Of a stretch of DNA of 64,000 nucleotides, positions 58,880 through 64,000 are shown piece after piece. Position 1 is the first letter of the stretch; each line of letters starts with the position of its first letter. The DNA is taken from NCBI GenBank assembly GCA_963754875.1, contig CAVWHO010000020.1, forward strand, positions 175,374 to 239,373, in the 5' to 3' direction. This DNA is from Nitrospirota bacterium (lineage in GTDB: Bacteria; Nitrospirota; UBA9217). The position numbers were made by a program, and so were the translations under genes. The notes under the pieces are model-generated. The model was not told where the DNA came from. It saw nothing but the letters and a program-made list of their open reading frames with translations, and did no database searches.

Positions 58880-58912
58880 CTGAAACTTGTCAGCTATACC
58901 ATAATCCCTGCA

Positions 58913-60601
58913 CTACGAGTCTTGTTTCTTTTCATCCTCCCACACTTTTTTCTCGATCTCTTTTAACAAGCCTTCGAACGAACCCTGATTGATCGCTGAA
59001 CAGACAACGCCCCTGAACCGGTTTGCCATGGCTTTTGCCCAGAGGGGGTTTACGAGGTCCACCTTGTTCAGAACAACAATCTGGGGAATGTGTTCAAGGC
59101 CGATCTCCCTCAAGAGATTGTTCACCGAGTCCATCTGCTGCTCGAACCGGGGATTGCTGATATCAACTACGTGCAGGATCAGGTCGGCGTCCTGCATTTC
59201 GTCGAGCGTGGCACGGAACGCTCCGAGCAGGTCCTTCGGCAGGTCCTTGATGAATCCTACGGTGTCGGTGATGACGACCTCTCGGTCGCGCGGAAAGCGT
59301 AGTCTCCGCGTGGCCGTGTCGAGCGTGGCGAATAAAAGGTTTTCCGCCTTGACCTCCGATTTCGTCAGCGCATTAAAGAGCGTTGACTTGCCGGCATTGG
59401 TGTACCCGGCAATCGAAACGATGGGGATCTCGCTTTTGATGCGCCGCTCGCGCCGCTGGTCTCTGGCCTTCCCGAGGGCATCGAGCTGCTTCTCCAGCCT
59501 CCGGATCTTGTCCCGCGCCCTGCGCATGTCGACCTCGAGCCGCGTTTCGCCCGGGCCTCTTCCGCCGATGCCGCCTGTGAGCCGGGAAAGGGCAGTGGAA
59601 CGTTCCGATAATCTCGGCAGGCGGTATTTGAGCTGGGCAAGCTCGACCTGCACCTTGCCGTCGCCGCTGTGGGCACGGCGCGCGAAGATGTCGAGGATGA
59701 GCTGGGTGCGGTCGATGACGCGCATCTCGGTGATGTCGCCGATGGCCTTGACCTGGGCAGGAGACAGGTTCTGGTCGAACACGATCAGGTCCGCGCCGAG
59801 TTGCTGAGAACGGATGATGAGCTCCTTGAGTTTTCCTTCACCGAGCAGATACTTCGGGTTGATGTCATGCAGCCGCTGGATCACGGTATCCAGCACCGTG
59901 ATGCCGTCCGTTCGTGCGAGTTCCTTCAGTTCCTCGACGGATTCCTCCTGCTCGTGCCTGCTCTTTTTCGATACGCTCACGAGGATGGCGCGGTCTTTTT
60001 TGGCTACTTCACGTGCTTCCTGTGCCCTCTCCATCTGGCGCTCGATGTCCGCGATGAATTCCGCGGCATCCAGCGCGATCGCATGTACGGAACGCGGCGG
60101 CATGACCTCATAAATTTTCTCTTCGGGATTGGGCGGGACGAGATAGGCGATCGAGATGTTTCCGGGCAGCCCGTCGGCCTGGACCGCGAGTGCAGCCATG
60201 AAATCCAGCCGGAGCAGGGCAAGGTCCGTCAGGTCTTCCTGGTTCAGCGGCTGGCCCTTAAGATGGGTGTGGATGAAGCGGACGCCCCGCAGCCGTTTCG
60301 CGCCCAGGCGGTGCTCGGACAAGTCGGGAATGAGGATGTCCTTGTTCGTGCCGACAAGCACGTTGCGAACGCTGCCGGAGCGGTCGATGATGAGACCGAT
60401 CTGCCTGCCCGTCTCTGCAGAGGCCTCGGAAAGAGCCCTCGCTGCCTCGGGAGTGATAACCGCGTCCGGCGGCATTCTCCTTCGATAGAGACGCTCGAGC
60501 AGTTTTACTTCAGCAGGTTTAAGACCTGTTGTTTCGCCGTGAATAGTTGGGATGACGGTCTCCTCGGGATTTTCCTGTGTAAAAAGATACAGCGCAGGCA
60601 A
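58913..60601 (-). CDS. hflX: GTPase HflX with a ~195-aa N-terminal extension
   Basis: HflX N-domain (FVGEGKLKEL...VIDRTQLILDIFARRA), G-domain (GYTNAGKSTLFNALT, DTVGF, NKVD) and C-terminal domain. The start is uncertain. Confidence 0.8.
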   Translation of the reverse strand: MPALYLFTQENPEETVIPTIHGETTGLKPAEVKLLERLYRRRMPPDAVITPEAARALSEASAETGRQIGLIIDRSGSVRNVLVGTNKDILIPDLSEHRLGAKRLRGVRFIHTHLKGQPLNQEDLTDLALLRLDFMAALAVQADGLPGNISIAYLVPPNPEEKIYEVMPPRSVHAIALDAAEFIADIERQMERAQEAREVAKKDRAILVSVSKKSRHEQEESVEELKELARTDGITVLDTVIQRLHDINPKYLLGEGKLKELIIRSQQLGADLIVFDQNLSPAQVKAIGDITEMRVIDRTQLILDIFARRAHSGDGKVQVELAQLKYRLPRLSERSTALSRLTGGIGGRGPGETRLEVDMRRARDKIRRLEKQLDALGKARDQRRERRIKSEIPIVSIAGYTNAGKSTLFNALTKSEVKAENLLFATLDTATRRLRFPRDREVVITDTVGFIKDLPKDLLGAFRATLDEMQDADLILHVVDISNPRFEQQMDSVNNLLREIGLEHIPQIVVLNKVDLVNPLWAKAMANRFRGVVCSAINQGSFEGLLKEIEKKVWEDEKKQDS

Positions 60602-60647
60602 ACACCTGCGCTGTTTTCATTGTATCATAGTTTTGTGCGACGCAACG

Positions 60648-61124
60648 TTACTTCACAAGAAACACGATATCATGTTCCCGGGCGTGGTCTTTTACTTTGA
60701 GGCCGACGCTCTGGCCTGCCGAGGCCTGGTCTACGTGCTGGTGTTCATACTCCATGGATTCCACTGCTTGCGTAAAGTCTGTCACGTGTCCTTTTATGTG
60801 GATGGTAGCGCCGGTTTTGAGCTCTCCTTTATTGAGCTGGACAACCGCCACGCTGAGATGGCTGTAATAATGGGTCACCGTGCCGATGGCCTCCTCATTG
60901 GAGACAGGTTCTTCCAAAGGCGGCATGCTGCGCGGAGGCGGGCCTGGCTCTACGGTGGTCGGCTTCAGCGGAACAGCTTGCTCGAGCGAAGGCACTCTCT
61001 TTTTCGCAGCTTTTTTCTTAATGATTTTCTTTTTAGCAAGTTTTTTCTTGATTGTTTTCTTGGCGGGTTTTCGGGAAGCGGCTTTCTTTTTTGTTTTCTC
61101 GCCTTTTACTTTTTTTTTCGGCAT
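60648..61124 (-). CDS. Lys/Ala-rich histone-like N-terminus fused to a beta-barrel domain resembling EF-Tu domain 2
   Basis: The N-terminal 60 aa are a KKKxAxK low-complexity region. The C-terminus GTVTHYYSHLSVAVVQLNKGELKTGATIHIKG...SVGLKV resembles the EF-Tu domain 2 (EFTu_D2) fold. Confidence 0.5.
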   Translation of the reverse strand: MPKKKVKGEKTKKKAASRKPAKKTIKKKLAKKKIIKKKAAKKRVPSLEQAVPLKPTTVEPGPPPRSMPPLEEPVSNEEAIGTVTHYYSHLSVAVVQLNKGELKTGATIHIKGHVTDFTQAVESMEYEHQHVDQASAGQSVGLKVKDHAREHDIVFLVK

Positions 61125-61321
61125 TCGATAACCTCCTCCGTATTCTTTCTCGCATTACAAGAATTCTACGTCATGAATCTTCTGATTGTTTTGCGTGGTT
61201 GTGAGCCACATCCAGTCGAGATATCTCCTGACAGAAAAACTGTCAGAATTCTAGCAAAAAAACCGCAAAATGCAAGTGCAAAAGAAGTTAAAATCGTAAG
61301 TTGAGGGCCGTGAATGTTAGC

Positions 61322-61350
61322 TTGACAGCTTCTGATAAATGTGAAATAAT
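61322..61350 (+). promoter_or_regulatory. sigma-70-like promoter (TTGACA-17-AATAAT) in the leader of the FadL-family OMP gene
   Basis: Hexamers and spacing read from the sequence. Confidence 0.5.
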
Positions 61351-61371
61351 CGCCCAACAAATAGGAGGCCT

Positions 61372-61403
61372 CTCCCGCCGAAGTTCGACGGGGAGCTTTT
61401 TTT
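61372..61403 (+). terminator. intrinsic terminator-like hairpin plus T8 inside the 5' leader (candidate attenuator)
   Basis: ctccc...gggag stem followed by cttttttttgg, ~20 nt after the predicted transcription start and 90 nt before the ATG. Confidence 0.5.
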
Positions 61404-61489
61404 TGGTCCATATAGTTTAGTAGTATCGAAACATCATTACGAGTAGGGGTACTGGCCGAGTGCCAGATTGAGAAAGGAGAGGAGGGCGT

Positions 61490-62971
61490 ATGAAAAAAGG
61501 GATATCTGTAATGTTGTTTGCTCTGATCGTTGGAAGTGTGTCACTGTTTGTGCCTGCTACAGTCTTTGCAACCGATGGTATGAATCTTGAGGGATACGGT
61601 CCGATTGCGACGGGTATGGGCGGCGCGTCCATGGCCTACGACAACGGCACCGCGGCAATGATGAACAACCCTGCAACACTCGGCCTTATGCCGGAGGGGA
61701 ACCGGCTCGATGTGGCTTTTGGTTATCTGGGACCGAACATCAAGGTGAGTGTGCCCGGTCAGGAGACCACATCGCAATTGAATGCCTTCTATATGCCGGC
61801 CATCGGTTGGGTACAGAAGAGTGGGCAGTCGTCATACGGCGTTGGTGTGTTCGCTCAGGGCGGCATGGGAGCGCAATATTCGGCGGATTCATTCATGGCG
61901 GCGGGATCAGGTGACAAAGTCCGTTCCGAGTTGAGTGTCGGACGACTGATCATTCCGTATGCCTATCAGGTAGACAAGAACTTGATTTTGGCCGCGTCCG
62001 TTGATTATGTGTGGGCCGGTCTGGACCTGAAGATGGCGCTTCCGGGGGCAGCATTTCTTGACATGGCCGCTTTTCCGGGATCAACGCAAACCTACGGTAC
62101 GGTGTCAGGAAGCATGATGGACGCCTTTGGCAGTCTGGTTTTTGGCGGCGGCGCGTTTCCAGCTGGTACGGTCAATCCTGCCAACCCGGTGAACTATGGT
62201 CGCTTTGATTTCTCCGATAACGACCCATTTACTGGCAAGGCCATGGGATCCGGCTTTGCCGGCAAGCTCGGCGGCGTCTACAAGATAAACGATGCAGTAT
62301 CCGTTGGTTTGACTTATCACAGCAAAACCTGGCTCGGAGATCTGGAAACAAATGGCGCTCAGGTAAGCTTTAATGCGAATGTCGACTCGGGTGTTGCCGG
62401 CGGTGGTGCGCCAAACGGCGTATACGTCCCTGCCACAATCCCGCTCACGGGCAAGATCCAGATCAAGGATTTTCAGTGGCCCCAGATGATAGGCGCCGGC
62501 GTCTCTTATCAAGCGTCAGACAATCTGATGGTCGTATTCGATTATAAGTGGATCAACTGGGCAGACGTGATGAAGAACTTTAAAATGGTTTTCACCGCGG
62601 ACTCGACTCAGTCCAATCCTATGGCGCAGGCGGCTTTTGGCGGTACGGAACTTGATGCCACTCTGTTCCAAAAATGGAGGGACCAGCATGTGTTCATGAT
62701 CGGCGCAGGCTACAAGGTTAGTCCCGACTGGATACTGCGCGCGGGGTTGAATATCACCAACAATCCGATCCCTGACACCTATTTAAATGCATTGTTCCCG
62801 GCCATCGAAAAGAACCATGTGACGTTGGGCGCGGGCTATATGATCACCAAGGCCTCGAGCGTAGACGCATCCTTCACCTATGCTCCCGAGGTCAAGGCGA
62901 CCAACGGTCAGGGCCAGACCATAACCCACAGTCAGACCAATTCACAGGTCATGTACAGCTATCGTTTCTAG
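61490..62971 (+). CDS. outer-membrane transport protein, OmpP1/FadL/TodX family
   Basis: Signal peptide, beta-barrel composition, and a C-terminal ...YSYRF ending in Phe. GGAGAGGAGGG RBS. Confidence 0.75.
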   Translation: MKKGISVMLFALIVGSVSLFVPATVFATDGMNLEGYGPIATGMGGASMAYDNGTAAMMNNPATLGLMPEGNRLDVAFGYLGPNIKVSVPGQETTSQLNAFYMPAIGWVQKSGQSSYGVGVFAQGGMGAQYSADSFMAAGSGDKVRSELSVGRLIIPYAYQVDKNLILAASVDYVWAGLDLKMALPGAAFLDMAAFPGSTQTYGTVSGSMMDAFGSLVFGGGAFPAGTVNPANPVNYGRFDFSDNDPFTGKAMGSGFAGKLGGVYKINDAVSVGLTYHSKTWLGDLETNGAQVSFNANVDSGVAGGGAPNGVYVPATIPLTGKIQIKDFQWPQMIGAGVSYQASDNLMVVFDYKWINWADVMKNFKMVFTADSTQSNPMAQAAFGGTELDATLFQKWRDQHVFMIGAGYKVSPDWILRAGLNITNNPIPDTYLNALFPAIEKNHVTLGAGYMITKASSVDASFTYAPEVKATNGQGQTITHSQTNSQVMYSYRF

Positions 62972-63006
62972 TAGAAAATAGTTTTGTAAAGACTGGTTTA
63001 GCAAAG

Positions 63007-63045
63007 GAGCAATCCTCCCGAAAATGGAGGATTGCTCTTTTTTTC
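63007..63045 (+). terminator. rho-independent terminator after the OMP gene
   Basis: ggagcaatcctcc-cgaaaat-ggaggattgctc followed by tttttttc. Confidence 0.85.
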
Positions 63046-63132
63046 TACTCTTAATCCGAATCGGGTGTCTTGCGTCTGTTTTCGAGTTGACTGCGTCCAG
63101 TGATTGGATTATCATTGCTGAACGTCCGCACT

Positions 63133-64000
63133 ATGAAAATTCTTATCATCAAACTTTCCGCGATCGGCGATGTTGTCCAGACTTTGCCTGCACTCGAAGC
63201 AATCAAAAAAACCTATCCCGACAGCGAAATAACGTGGGTGGTCGAGGAGGCCGCGGCAGGCATTCTGGAAGGGCATCCGCTCATCGACCGGCTGCTGGTA
63301 TCGCACAGGAGAGCCTGGCTGCACTTGTTCAAAAATCCCTTCACTGCATGGCGGGGCCTGAGCGGTATCACCAGGTTCGTCCGCGAGCTGCGCAGCATCC
63401 GCTTCGACATCGCCATAGATTTCCAGGGGCTCTTCAAGAGCGGCGTCCTTATCGGTCTTGCCCATGGGGACCGAAAAATCGGATTCGACCGTACGCGCGA
63501 ATTTTCTTACCTGTTCCTGAATGAGCGCTTGCCGGCCTATGACATCGAAAAACATGCGCTCGAGCGGTATCTCGACATCGCGCGGTACCTCGGCGCGAGG
63601 GATGTTTCTACGGCCTGTGCGCTGCCGATCGAAGGGGAGCGGGAAAAGATCAAGCGGCGAATTGACGCAGTGAAGCCGGCGGGACGGCGTTTCGTGGTCA
63701 TGAATCCCGGAGCGCGCTGGACAACAAAGCTCTGGCCGGAGAGAAACTTCGCAGAACTTGCGGACCGGTTGATTCAGGAAAAAAATGCAGTAGTCATCTT
63801 TACCGGAGGTCCGGACGACCGCAGGATGATCGAGCGGGTAATTACTCTGATGAAGCACGGTGACGCTTTGAACTGGGGAGGGGAAACTACGCTCAAGGAA
63901 CTGGCAGCGCTCGCGTCGCTATCCGATCTGTTTATCACGACGGATACCGGCTCCATGCACCTTGCGGCGGCTGTCGGAGCGAAGGTCCTTGCGCTCTTCG
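63133..64000 (+). CDS. ADP-heptose:LPS heptosyltransferase (glycosyltransferase family 9), 5' partial running off the window
   Basis: MKILIIKLSAIGDVVQTLPALEAIKK is the classic WaaC/WaaF N-terminus. The open frame continues to the window end and is absent from the ORF track because it has no stop. Confidence 0.75.
   Translation, partial: MKILIIKLSAIGDVVQTLPALEAIKKTYPDSEITWVVEEAAAGILEGHPLIDRLLVSHRRAWLHLFKNPFTAWRGLSGITRFVRELRSIRFDIAIDFQGLFKSGVLIGLAHGDRKIGFDRTREFSYLFLNERLPAYDIEKHALERYLDIARYLGARDVSTACALPIEGEREKIKRRIDAVKPAGRRFVVMNPGARWTTKLWPERNFAELADRLIQEKNAVVIFTGGPDDRRMIERVITLMKHGDALNWGGETTLKELAALASLSDLFITTDTGSMHLAAAVGAKVLALF

Noticed and set aside
63112-63858. 248-aa minus-strand ORF at the window end
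   Set aside because: It is antisense to a textbook heptosyltransferase N-terminus read on the + strand.
1-64000. CRISPR arrays, rRNA or tRNA genes
   Set aside because: No regularly spaced direct repeats and no convincing cloverleaf or rRNA signatures found on either strand.

Overview
This is a 64 kb, GC-rich (~57%) chromosomal window with AT-rich islands at about 1.3-2.3 kb and 4.1-4.6 kb. By inference it comes from an anaerobic delta-proteobacterium-like genome (Desulfobacterota-type): it has sigma-54 enhancer-binding proteins, likely selenocysteine usage, two tatA paralogs and a Kup K+ transporter. I called about 55 protein-coding genes by reading the translations and found no rRNA, tRNA or CRISPR array.

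Mobile DNA is dense. There are three IS630-family copies, each TA-flanked with GTGTAGTGTCTC...GAGACACTACAC ends: a frameshifted degenerate copy at 96..1303 and two identical copies at 28401..29607 and ~53847..55053. One of the identical copies is inserted exactly at the nadA stop codon. There is also an IS91-family element with tyrosine-recombinase fragments joined at a perfect 32-bp palindrome, an IS200 element with hairpin ends, a stand-alone IS605-type TnpB, and a truncated IS481-like transposase that disrupts an arsR gene.

Backbone genes include sigma-54-dependent regulators, a PhnD-like binding protein with a HAMP-PAS signalling protein, an AlsS-like acetolactate synthase, tatA x2, a TauE/SafE permease, tandem universal stress protein (UspA/Usp)-domain proteins, kup, rmuC, nadA, era, dedA, alpha-2-macroglobulin-pbpC, recO, lnt, two tandem hfq, queD, pmbA/tldD, hflX, a FadL-family OMP and a partial heptosyltransferase.

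The most unusual content:
- An operon encoding a Lon protease whose N-terminal substrate domain is replaced by an inserted response-regulator receiver domain, co-transcribed with a sensor kinase and a sigma-54 response regulator.
- An IS-flanked sulfur-trafficking island (arsR, a thioredoxin-fold gene with in-frame TGA, dsrE with in-frame TGA plus downstream hairpin (a selenocysteine insertion sequence, SECIS), dsrF, dsrH, sqr) encoding at least one probable selenoprotein.
- A sulfite-reductase-like protein fused to a TusA domain.
- Three genes with apparent frameshifts: the IS630 copy 1 transposase, the sensor kinase and the alpha-2-macroglobulin.
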